A stretch of DNA of 64,000 nucleotides from an uncultured delta proteobacterium (GTDB taxonomy: Bacteria; Desulfobacterota; Desulfobulbia; Desulfobulbales; JAGXFP01). The notes beneath the pieces are model-generated. The model was given only the letters and a program-made list of their open reading frames with translations. It did no database searches and was not told where the DNA came from. The translations under genes were made by a program, and so were the position numbers. Below are positions 10,028 through 18,929 of the stretch, one piece after another. Positions within the stretch are counted from its first letter, which is position 1; every line of letters begins with the position of its first letter. The stretch is from positions 646,893 through 710,892 of the forward strand of contig CAWEAD010000005.1 in the NCBI GenBank assembly GCA_963807225.1, read 5' to 3'.

Positions 10028-11215
10028 ATGAATCGCAGCAAAGCCCTGAAAATCATCCTCCCCATCCTGATCCTCGCCCTGGCCGTGGTCGGCATGCGCT
10101 TCCTGATCAGCCGCCGTCAAGCCCCGCCCCGGTTGCCCGAAGAAAACCGGGGCGCCCTGGTCGAAACCCTGCTCGTAACCAAGGGCGATTACCGGGTCGA
10201 AGTGGCTGCCACCGGCACCGTCCAGGCCAGTCAGGAGATCACCGTCAGCCCCCAGGTCAGCGGCCTGGTAACCTTCCTCGATCCGCGCCTGCATGCCGGC
10301 GGATTTTTCAAGGCGGGAGAAAAACTCTTCGAGATCGAACCGGCCGATTACCGGCTGGCCCTGGAAAAGGCCCGGGCCAACCTGGCCAAGACCGAGCTGG
10401 ATCTGAGTTCGGTGGAATCCCGGGCCCGAGTGGCCCGGCGCGAATGGGAAATGCTGAAAAAAGCCGACTCCGAGCCACCCAGCCCGCTGGTCCTCTACGA
10501 GCCGCAACTGAAAGAGGCCCAGGCCAATCTGTCCTCATCCCGGGCGGCGGTGAGCCAGGCCGAGCTTGACCTCTCCCGCACCGCAGTCACCGCGCCCTTC
10601 GATTGCGTGGTCCTCTCCGAGAATCTGGGCCCGGGTCAGTATGTCCGGGCCGGCAACAGCGTGGCGGTCCTGGCCGATTCGGCGATGGCGGAGATTGTCG
10701 TACCGGTGCCCCTGGCCGAACTGGCCTGGCTCTCGGTACCCCGCTCCGACAGCGGCCGGAAAGGTTCGCCGGCCGAGGTCCGCCTGCCCGGCAGCTCCGC
10801 CGGGGTGGCCTGGCAGGGTTTTATCGACCGAGCCCTGGCCGAGGTCGATCCCCAGGGCCGCATGGCCCGGCTGGTGGTGCGGATCGAAGACCCTTACTTA
10901 CTGCAGCATCCCCGCCAGCCGGGGCAACCCGATCTGGCCATCGGCAGCTTTGTCGAGATGGTCTTCCGGGGCAAACTCCTCAAGGAGGTGGTGGTCCTCC
11001 CCCGCCAGACCCTGCGCGATAACAACACCGTCTGGCTGATGGGCGAAGACCAGCTCCTGCAGATCCGCCCCGTCGAGCCCCTGCGCCTGGAGAGCAAAAC
11101 CGTGGTGCTCGGCTCCGGCCTCAACCCCGGCGCCCGGGTGATCCTCACCAACCTGAGCGGCGCCGCCGCCGGCATGAAATTGCGGCCCGTAACCGGGGAG
11201 GGCTTCACCCCATGA
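10028..11215 (+). CDS. RND efflux periplasmic adaptor (membrane fusion protein)
   Basis: 395 aa with an N-terminal TM anchor and coiled-coil/lipoyl-like segments. Lies between the OMF and RND genes and overlaps the RND start (ATGA). Confidence 0.85.
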   Translation: MNRSKALKIILPILILALAVVGMRFLISRRQAPPRLPEENRGALVETLLVTKGDYRVEVAATGTVQASQEITVSPQVSGLVTFLDPRLHAGGFFKAGEKLFEIEPADYRLALEKARANLAKTELDLSSVESRARVARREWEMLKKADSEPPSPLVLYEPQLKEAQANLSSSRAAVSQAELDLSRTAVTAPFDCVVLSENLGPGQYVRAGNSVAVLADSAMAEIVVPVPLAELAWLSVPRSDSGRKGSPAEVRLPGSSAGVAWQGFIDRALAEVDPQGRMARLVVRIEDPYLLQHPRQPGQPDLAIGSFVEMVFRGKLLKEVVVLPRQTLRDNNTVWLMGEDQLLQIRPVEPLRLESKTVVLGSGLNPGARVILTNLSGAAAGMKLRPVTGEGFTP

Positions 11216-14200
11216 ACGGACCCATCAGCTGGATGGCCAAAAACCATGTGGCCGCCAACCTGCTCATGCTGCTCTTCGTGGTCGGCGGATTGGTCATGGG
11301 CAGCGGCCTCAAACAGGAAGTCTTTCCGGAAATCGACCTGGACCGGATCACCGTTTCGGTGATCTATCCCGGGGCGAGCCCCGATGAAGTGGAAGAGGGC
11401 ATCATCCTGCAGATCGAAGAGGCGATCAGCGGCATCGACGGCATCGACGAGATCAAGTCGACGGCCAACGAGGGCGGCGGCACCGTGATCGCCAAACTGG
11501 CCCTGGGCGAGGACAGCGATCTGGTCCTCCAGGATATCAAGAACGAGGTGGATCGGATCACCACCTTCCCGGAAGAGGCCGAAAAGCCGGTAGTGGCCAA
11601 GATGCTGACCCGCCAGGAAGTCATCTCGGTGGTGGTCTACGGCGAGGTCAGCGAGCTGGCCCTGCGCCAGCAGGCCGAGGCGGTGCGCGACGAGCTTCTG
11701 ACCCTGCCCCAGATCACCCAGGCCGAGCTCTCCGGGGTGCGGCCCTATGAGATCTCCATCGAGATCCCCGAGCAGAACCTGCGCCGCTACCACCTGACCC
11801 TCGACCAGGTGGCCCAACTGGTGCGCAAGAGCTCGCTCGACCTGCCCGGCGGTGCCATCAAGACCTCCGGCGGCGAGGTGCTGGTCCGCACCAAGGAGAA
11901 GCGTTACTCGAGCCAGGGCTACGGCGAACTGCCGGTGGTGGTCAACCCCGACGGCACCCGGGTGCTGCTGCAGGATATCGCCACCATCCGCGACGGCTTC
12001 GCCGAAACCGACGAGTTCGCCCGCTTCGACGAGAAGCCGGCCGCCATGGTCAAGGTTTACCGGGTCGGCGACCAGAAACCCACCGAGATCTCCGACCTGG
12101 TCAGCAAATACGTGCAAAAGAAGGGCGCGGCCCTGCCCGCCTCGCTGCAGATCGCCACCTGGTACGATACCTCGGAGCTCTTCTCCAGCCGTCTACACCT
12201 CTTGCTCAAGAACGCCGCCTTCGGCCTGATCCTGGTCTTCATCACCCTGACCCTCTTCCTGCAGACCCGGCTCGCCCTCTGGGTGATGCTGGGCATCCCC
12301 ATCTCCTTCCTGGGGGCGCTCTTCATCATGCCGGCCACCGACGTCTCGATCAACATGATCTCGCTCTTCGCCTTCATCATGGCCCTGGGTATCGTGGTGG
12401 ACGATGCCATCGTCATCGGCGAGAACGTCTTCGAACATCGGCAAATGGGCAAGACCAATCTGCAGGCCGCCATCGACGGGGCTCGCGAGGTGGGCGGCCC
12501 GGTGGTCTTCTCGGTCCTGACCACGGTGGCCGCCTTCCTGCCCCTGATCACGGTGGTCGGCACCATGGGCAAATTCATCAAGGTGATTCCCATCGTGGTC
12601 ATCGCCATCCTCTTGATCTCCCTGGTCGAATCGCTCTTCATCCTGCCGGCCCATCTCTCCCTGGGCGGTAAAAAAGAGGGCGACGGCAAAGGGGTCATAG
12701 CCCGGCTGCGCAAACGCTTCGAACTCTTCCTCGACTGGCTGATCAACCGCCATTACCGAGGCTTTCTCGATCTCTGCATCCGCTACCGCTACGCCACCCT
12801 GGCGGCGGCCCTGGCCCTGCTGCTGCTCACCGTGGGCTTGGTGGCCGGCAACATCGTCCGCTTCCGCTTCATGCCGGTGGTGGACGGCGACCGGATCACC
12901 GTCGCCATCCAGATGCCCCAGGGCACCCTGGTAAGTGAGACCGCCAAGGTGGAAAACTACCTGCTGGAAAAAGGGCTGGCGGCGGTCAAGCATTTTGATG
13001 ATCAGAATCCGACCCACGAGTCGGTGCTGCGCCACATCTATGCTTTAGCCGGCGGCACTGTGACCCAGGGTGGCCCGGCCGGCGGGGCCACCACCTCGGC
13101 CCCGCATCTGGCCACCATCGTCATGCTGCTGCAGCCCTCCGAAAAGCGCGAGGTGCTGGCCACCGACATCAGCCGCTACTGGCGGCAGATCAGCGGCGAT
13201 ATCGCCGGGGCCGAACAGATCTCCTTCGAATCGAATCTGATCCACCTGGGCTCCAACGTCGATGTCAGTTTCGCCCATGAGAACCAGGAGACCCTGGAGA
13301 AAGCTGCCGACCGGCTGAAAATTGCCCTGGGTGCCTACCCGGGCCTGGAGGATATCGCCGACAACTATCCGGCCGGCAAGAAGGAGCTGAAGCTGCGCCT
13401 CACCCCCCAGGCCCGTACCCTGGGCGTCACCCAGGACGATCTGGCCCGCCAGGTCCGGGGCGCCTTTTACGGGGCCGAGGCCCTGCGCTTGCAGCGGGGT
13501 CGCAACGAGGTCAAGGTCATGGTCCGCTACCCCGAGGGTGATCGACATAGCCTGCACGACCTGGAAACCATGCGCATTCGCACCCCGGCCGGCGGTGAGC
13601 TGCCCCTGCTGCAGGCCGCCAGCGTGGAGGCGGGCCGCGGCTTCAGCGTAATCAACCGCACCGACCGGAAAAGGGTGATCAACGTCACCGCCACCGTCGA
13701 CGACAAGGTGGCCAACGCCCAGGATATCCTCACCGATCTCAAGGGTGGAGTCCTGGCCGAACTGACCGCCGATTACCCGGGGCTGAGCTACAGCCTGGAG
13801 GGTGAGGCCAAGGAACAGCGCGACTCCATGGCCAGCATGCGCAAGGGCTTCCTGCTGGCCCTTTTCATGATCTACGCCCTCCTGGCCATCCCCTTCAAGA
13901 GCTACAGCCAGCCGCTCCTGATCATGACCGCCATTCCCTTCGGCATCGTCGGCGCCATCCTCGGCCATCTGATCCTGGGCTACGACCTTTCCATGCTGAG
14001 CCTCTTCGGCATCGTCGCCCTCTCCGGCGTGGTGGTCAACGACTCACTGCTCCTGATCGACCGGATCAATCGGAGTCGCAGCGAGGGTGAGGAACCGCAC
14101 GAGGCGATCCTCCGGGCCGGCCAGCGCCGCTTCCGGCCGATCCTCTTGACCTCGCTGACCACCTTCTTCGGCCTGGCCCCGATCATCACCGAGACCAGCA

Positions 14201-14361
14201 CCCAGGCCAAGTTCCTGATCCCCATGGCGATCAGCCTGGGCTTCGGCATCATGTTCGCCACCGGCATCACCCTGCTGCTGGTCCCCACCGTCTATTCGGT
14301 GCTGGAGGACCTGCGCAACCTCTTCAAGCTGAAACCGGTGCATCACCGGCACGAAGAGTAG
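11212..14361 (+). CDS. RND efflux permease (AcrB/AcrD/AcrF family)
   Basis: 1049 aa with the 12-TM, two-large-loop architecture. Contains conserved segments LGIVVDDAIVIGEN and ALSGVVVNDSLLLID. Confidence 0.9.
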   Translation: MNGPISWMAKNHVAANLLMLLFVVGGLVMGSGLKQEVFPEIDLDRITVSVIYPGASPDEVEEGIILQIEEAISGIDGIDEIKSTANEGGGTVIAKLALGEDSDLVLQDIKNEVDRITTFPEEAEKPVVAKMLTRQEVISVVVYGEVSELALRQQAEAVRDELLTLPQITQAELSGVRPYEISIEIPEQNLRRYHLTLDQVAQLVRKSSLDLPGGAIKTSGGEVLVRTKEKRYSSQGYGELPVVVNPDGTRVLLQDIATIRDGFAETDEFARFDEKPAAMVKVYRVGDQKPTEISDLVSKYVQKKGAALPASLQIATWYDTSELFSSRLHLLLKNAAFGLILVFITLTLFLQTRLALWVMLGIPISFLGALFIMPATDVSINMISLFAFIMALGIVVDDAIVIGENVFEHRQMGKTNLQAAIDGAREVGGPVVFSVLTTVAAFLPLITVVGTMGKFIKVIPIVVIAILLISLVESLFILPAHLSLGGKKEGDGKGVIARLRKRFELFLDWLINRHYRGFLDLCIRYRYATLAAALALLLLTVGLVAGNIVRFRFMPVVDGDRITVAIQMPQGTLVSETAKVENYLLEKGLAAVKHFDDQNPTHESVLRHIYALAGGTVTQGGPAGGATTSAPHLATIVMLLQPSEKREVLATDISRYWRQISGDIAGAEQISFESNLIHLGSNVDVSFAHENQETLEKAADRLKIALGAYPGLEDIADNYPAGKKELKLRLTPQARTLGVTQDDLARQVRGAFYGAEALRLQRGRNEVKVMVRYPEGDRHSLHDLETMRIRTPAGGELPLLQAASVEAGRGFSVINRTDRKRVINVTATVDDKVANAQDILTDLKGGVLAELTADYPGLSYSLEGEAKEQRDSMASMRKGFLLALFMIYALLAIPFKSYSQPLLIMTAIPFGIVGAILGHLILGYDLSMLSLFGIVALSGVVVNDSLLLIDRINRSRSEGEEPHEAILRAGQRRFRPILLTSLTTFFGLAPIITETSTQAKFLIPMAISLGFGIMFATGITLLLVPTVYSVLEDLRNLFKLKPVHHRHEE

Positions 14362-14620
14362 CGCGGAAAAAGGTAAGGGATAATGAAAAAACCAGCCGGA
14401 ACTCCCGAGCCGGTTTTGCTTGCAAGTTCGGCTGGTAGGCCTGGCCAAACCCTGCGTGGCTTTTTACCATCTGCAGTTTTCAGTTCCACAATATACTATT
14501 GCAGTGCGCCCCCTTTATCATATACTTACTAGTAGCAGGCATATCCGGGCCAGGAGTCCGTCATGATTATTCACTTTACGGGGCTCAGCAAACGATGCCC
14601 AAACCAAAGGATGAGATGAG

Positions 14621-15265
14621 ATGTCCCAAAAGGTAGGATCAGGACGGCATCCGCTGGCGCTTATCGCCTTGGTCTTCCTTTTGCTTACCCTGATCTGTTC
14701 AGGGGCCGCACCCGCCAGGGCCGGTGAATTGCGCCGTCTGGCAGTGGTTGGCGTCTCCAACAAGACCGCCGAGGGCGAGTTCAGCAACCTGCTCATTGCC
14801 CAGGGTATCGCCCAACTGGTCGCCCAGGAATTATACGATACCGGAAACTACGTGCCGGTGGAGGACAACCCCGAAATCACCGGGCGGATCGCCGAGCTCG
14901 TCGCTCTTTCGACCCGGGCCGGAGGGGAAAATGGTGACAACGACAAACCCCTTGAAGCCGGCCGGCTGCCTGGTTGCGACGCCCTGGCCTCGGTGAAGAT
15001 CGTCAAGTTTTCCAAATCCCGCAGCAAGGCGGGCTTCGGGCCCTTCTCCGCCGCCAAAGTTGAAATCGCCGTCGAGGTGGAGATTTCCCTGAAAGACGGC
15101 GACAAACCGGTGGTCACGTCCCGCGGCAGAGGTACCGGCGTCACCAGATCCCAGTCCTTTCTCTTCCAGGTCCGGAAGGACAAGGTCAACTTTGATCAGA
15201 CCAGCGCCGGCCAGGCCACCCTGCAGGCAGTGAAAGAGGCGGTTGCCGGACTGCCGCGGTCCTGA
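14621..15265 (+). CDS. Exported CsgG/LpoB-like protein (putative)
   Basis: 214 aa with a signal peptide (...AAPARA/GE). The core LAVVGVSNKTAEGEFSNLLIAQGIAQLVAQELYDTGNYVPVE resembles CsgG/HfaB/LpoB-type periplasmic modules. This is a weak call by eye. Confidence 0.45.
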   Translation: MSQKVGSGRHPLALIALVFLLLTLICSGAAPARAGELRRLAVVGVSNKTAEGEFSNLLIAQGIAQLVAQELYDTGNYVPVEDNPEITGRIAELVALSTRAGGENGDNDKPLEAGRLPGCDALASVKIVKFSKSRSKAGFGPFSAAKVEIAVEVEISLKDGDKPVVTSRGRGTGVTRSQSFLFQVRKDKVNFDQTSAGQATLQAVKEAVAGLPRS

Positions 15266-15393
15266 AGTTTGATCATGCTCCGCCTGCCAATAAGCCGGAC
15301 ATCGGAAGGGAAGTGCGATAAAATTAATTGCTTTGTCGTTGACCAGACTGGCCGGCTTGGCCTTTTGGCGACGCCGGCAAAATTGGAGGTGTG

Positions 15394-16020
15394 ATGAAAC
15401 GCGTTCTTCTGCTTTTGATGCTTGGCGTCCTGTCGGGACTATTCCTGGCCGGCTGCGCCTCCACCTCTGTTGAGGAAAAACCGGCTGAAAAAGCCATGGC
15501 CTCGCCACCACCGTTGCCCCCCTATACCGGCCCCAAAACCGTGACCGCCGTGCTGCCGCTGGGATTGTCGGCCCGGGCCGCCAAGGCCTATCCGCATCTG
15601 CTGGCCAAGGACGTGGGTCTGGGCATTCATAACCGGGTGGTCGAGGCCCTCTTCGACACCAACCGTTTCCGCTTCGTCGAGGAAAAGCCGGAGATCATCA
15701 AGGATGCCCTGGACCGGCAGTGGCTGAGCAGCGCCGGCATGGTCGACCAGGCCACCGCCGTCCAGATCGGCAAGCTGCTGGGCGCCCGCAAGGTCATCTA
15801 CGGCGAGGTCTACGACTTCGCCCAGGGCGGCGAGAAGATCGGGGTTGGCGGCACGGCCAAGGACATCAAGACCAGAGTTGGGATCCAGGTCCGCTGCGTC
15901 GATGTGGAGACCCTGGAGTATGTACCCGGCACCGGCGTTGGCACTGGGCGTGACATCGGCGAGGCATCCGATCAAGCGATCCGCCTTGCCGTCGACTCCC
16001 TGGTCCGGCGCTTGAACTGA
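15394..16020 (+). CDS. CsgG-family-like lipoprotein (putative)
   Basis: Starts at ATG 15394, 4 nt after GGAGG; the ORF-track GTG at 15391 is less likely. Has lipobox LFLAGC. NRFRFVEEKPEI...ATAVQIGKLLGARKVIYGEVYDF resembles the CsgG signature. Confidence 0.55.
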   Translation: MKRVLLLLMLGVLSGLFLAGCASTSVEEKPAEKAMASPPPLPPYTGPKTVTAVLPLGLSARAAKAYPHLLAKDVGLGIHNRVVEALFDTNRFRFVEEKPEIIKDALDRQWLSSAGMVDQATAVQIGKLLGARKVIYGEVYDFAQGGEKIGVGGTAKDIKTRVGIQVRCVDVETLEYVPGTGVGTGRDIGEASDQAIRLAVDSLVRRLN

Positions 16021-16098
16021 GATCTTGGCAGAAATCAAGTTGGAGGAAACTGTTCCACCACAAAAACCTGCAAATCAATAAATGAACACGAAGGGACT

Positions 16099-17324
16099 AT
16101 GAAAAAGAAATTGGCGACAGCACTTGTAATGGGGACCTTTTTTACAATGGCAATGACCGGTTCGGTTCAGGCCGGAGACTTCTGGGATCTGGTCTCCAGC
16201 CCCCTACCACGACTCCTTCCGCTGTCGGCCCCACCCTATACGATATCAACACGATTCTGAACCGCGCCACCATCACGGCGGGCTGGACGGATTCCGCCAA
16301 CGGTGGTTTGCCCGGCATCTTCGATGATTCCGAACAGTTGATTGAGTCACTTGCGATCTATGACCGCAACGGTGACCTGGTCATCCTGTCACCAGTCAAT
16401 CTGACCCGGGCCGCGCTGGACGCCTGGGCCGCCGCCAACGCGGCAGTCATCTTCAATGCCCTTTTCCCAGCGGGATTCAGCGAACTGACCGGGGCCACGG
16501 ATGACAATATCCTCACCAGCACCACGGTAAGCAAGAACCTGTTCAAAAAGACCACCCCGGCCAGGAAAAACCGAGATAACGCTGCAGCGGTCAGGAATGA
16601 AACCGGTGAAGCTGAGGCCGAATACCAGAATCTCAAAGTCAATGACTACCACGGCAGGGCAACTTCTCTGGTCATGGGATTTTCCAAGGAGGCCGCTTCC
16701 GGGTCCAGCTTTTCCTTGACCATCCCTTACCGTTACACGGTGATCAATGACGACGTCGGGGCGGAATCCCGTTTTTTAGGCCTGGAAATGGCCGCCAAAT
16801 TTCCCGTCAAAAAATGGGACAAGAGCGAATTGAACCTGGGGGGGTGCCTGTTCGGCTCGGCCTATAGCATGACGACCGATACTCTCGATAAAGCGGGGAA
16901 ATTCAGACAGGCGGTGGCCCATCACTCGGAGAACCGTGAACTCGGCCCAGCAAACCTGACTCTTGGTTTGGACTACAGAATTGCCAAGGCCTATATGCCC
17001 TCAAGCATGAACGGCGACTCCCTGTTTTTTGATCAGGCAGCCGATTACTTCAACCACCATTCTCCGGTCCAGACCTTCTCCTACGGCTTTAATCTGGGCA
17101 TGCCGGTGGGCGGCGACGCCGCGACGATAAATTTCGAGGTCGTCAGGTCAAACTTTGTCAGCCATGACATTCCGGACGGCCAAAAGACCAAGACCTCGGT
17201 GAGCCTCTCCGGATCCTATTACCCCAGTGACACCTTCGAGCTCAACCTGGGCATAAGCCGTGATTTCGAGCTTGATAAAGTTGACAGCTTCGGGGTCATG
17301 CTTGGGGTTATCAATCGATTCTGA
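16099..17324 (+). pseudogene. Outer-membrane beta-barrel-like protein gene interrupted by a 1-nt frameshift near a C5 run (16200-16204)
   Basis: ATG 16099 encodes a signal peptide (MKKKLATALVMGTFFTMAMTGSVQA/GD) and stops at 16258-16260. The frame of the 338-aa ORF 16308-17324 is already open from 16086 and overlaps it. The protein ends ...GVMLGVINRF, an OMP-like terminal aromatic residue. Confidence 0.6.
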
Positions 17325-17636
17325 ACCCCCCGCCGTCTATTCAATACGGAGGATCCACACAACCTGAGCGAGCGCAATTCCAGAGGCATCTTCCTTAATT
17401 TATTTTTTTGGATCTGATTTTTTCCTTCTGAACACTCGGCCGGTTAGCCTCTCACTTCTTAGATTATTTTATTTCTATCGAGCTGGCGCTTCCTGTCCGC
17501 TTTGCCTCTGCACCTCCCAATGCACACTGGATTACAGCTCAACTCGTGAATGAGGTGCCGACCTTTGCCCCTTCTGCCTTTATTGAAAAAAATATGTTAA
17601 ATTGAGGCAACAACCACACCCACGGGAAAGGCCGCC

Positions 17637-18929
17637 ATGTCCAGCCGGAAAATCAAGACCGACCGTAAGGCCCTGTTCAGCTGGGCGATGTATGATTTCG
17701 CCAACTCCTCCTTTACCACCCTGATCGTTACGTTTATCTACGCCACTTACTTCACCAAGGCGATCGCCCCGGACCAACTGATCGGCACCACTCTCTGGTC
17801 GCGGGCGGTGACCATCTCGGCCCTGGCCGTGGCCTTTTTGTCCCCCTTCCTGGGAGCCATGGCCGACCACAGCGGCCACCGCAAACGCTACCTGCTGCTG
17901 ACCACCCTGGCTGCGATTTTCTGTTCGGTCATGCTGTACTTCCCTCTGCCGGGGCAGGTGATGACCGCCCTGGTCTGGTTCACTTTGGGCAATATCGCCT
18001 TCGAACTGGGCTGCGTCTTCTACAACGGATTCCTACCGGAACTGGCCCCGGTCGAAAAACTCGGCAGCGTCTCCGGTTTCGGTTGGGGGCTGGGTTATGT
18101 CGGTGGCCTTGCCGCCATGTTTCTGGCCATGGTCAGCATGGTCAACCCGGAGACTCCCTGGTTCGGGCTCTCCCGGGAGCTGGGCCAGAACATCCGGGCC
18201 ACCAACCTGCTGGTCGCCGCCTGGTTCGGGCTCTTCAGCCTGCCGCTCTTCCTGCTGGTCAAGGAACCCCGGCCGCGCCCGGCCGCGCCCTTCGAGCCCG
18301 GAGCGGTGCTCAAACGCCTGGCCGGAACCTTCCGGGAGATCCGGCGCTTCCAACAGATCTTCCGCTTCCTTCTGGCCCGACTGCTCTATAACGACGGACT
18401 GATCACCATCTTTGCCTTCGGCGGCATTTACGCGGCCGGCACCTTCGGCTTTTCCTTCCGGGAGATCATGCTCTTCGGCATCGTCTTGAACATCATGGCC
18501 GGGCTGGGTGCCTTCGCTTTCGGCTACTGCGACGACCGGCTGGGCGGCAAGTCCACGGTACTGATCAGCCTGGGCGGCCTGTTTATCGCCTCGGCCCTGG
18601 CGATCAGCGCTTCCACCAAGCCCTGGCTCTGGGTGGCCGGGGTGCTGGTCGGCATCTTCTCAGGACCCAATCAATCGGCGAGCCGCTCGCTCCTGGCCCG
18701 ACTGACCCCGGCCAACAAGGAAAACGAGTTCTTCGGTTTCTTCGCCTTCTCCGGCAAGTTCACCGCCTTCCTCGGTCCCTTCGCCCTGGGGATCCTGACT
18801 GAGATCTTCCACTCCCAGCGGGCCGGCATGGCCATCGTCCTGGTGCTCTTCCTGCTCGGCGGTCTCCTGCTCTGGCCGGTGGACGAAGGGGCGGGGATGC
18901 TGGCCGCCCGTAGCGGAGACAGCACTTAA
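17637..18929 (+). CDS. MFS transporter, UMF1/Atg22-like family
   Basis: 430 aa with about 12 TM helices and an N-terminal FSWAMYDFANSSFTTLIVTFIYATYF signature. Its stop overlaps the next start (TAATG). Confidence 0.8.
   Translation: MSSRKIKTDRKALFSWAMYDFANSSFTTLIVTFIYATYFTKAIAPDQLIGTTLWSRAVTISALAVAFLSPFLGAMADHSGHRKRYLLLTTLAAIFCSVMLYFPLPGQVMTALVWFTLGNIAFELGCVFYNGFLPELAPVEKLGSVSGFGWGLGYVGGLAAMFLAMVSMVNPETPWFGLSRELGQNIRATNLLVAAWFGLFSLPLFLLVKEPRPRPAAPFEPGAVLKRLAGTFREIRRFQQIFRFLLARLLYNDGLITIFAFGGIYAAGTFGFSFREIMLFGIVLNIMAGLGAFAFGYCDDRLGGKSTVLISLGGLFIASALAISASTKPWLWVAGVLVGIFSGPNQSASRSLLARLTPANKENEFFGFFAFSGKFTAFLGPFALGILTEIFHSQRAGMAIVLVLFLLGGLLLWPVDEGAGMLAARSGDST

Noticed and set aside
10894-12117. 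Very long antisense ORFs inside the RND permease gene (407 aa). Similar cases are 27110-28351 antisense to the glucan synthase, 21996-23213 antisense to the AGCS symporter, and 57147-58733 antisense to ettA.
   Set aside because: They have the Gly/Asp/His/Gln/Pro/Arg-rich low-complexity composition typical of stop-poor frames in high-GC DNA. None has a recognisable motif, and each is fully overlapped by a gene with strong family signatures on the other strand.
14362-14620. A c-di-GMP (GEMM-I) or other riboswitch upstream of the CsgG-like cluster, and an intrinsic terminator after the RND gene at about 14385-14420.
   Set aside because: The GEMM core (GCAAACC...GACGCAAAGCC) is not present. The candidate hairpin around CCGG...CCGG has only about 4-6 paired bases, so I do not call it.
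16308-17324. Treating the 338-aa ORF as an independent gene starting at TTG 16308.
   Set aside because: The frame is open for a further 220 nt upstream without a start or Shine-Dalgarno sequence. The protein would lack a signal peptide despite an OMP-like C-terminus. A perfect signal-peptide ORF sits just upstream in another frame, so a frameshifted single gene explains the data better.
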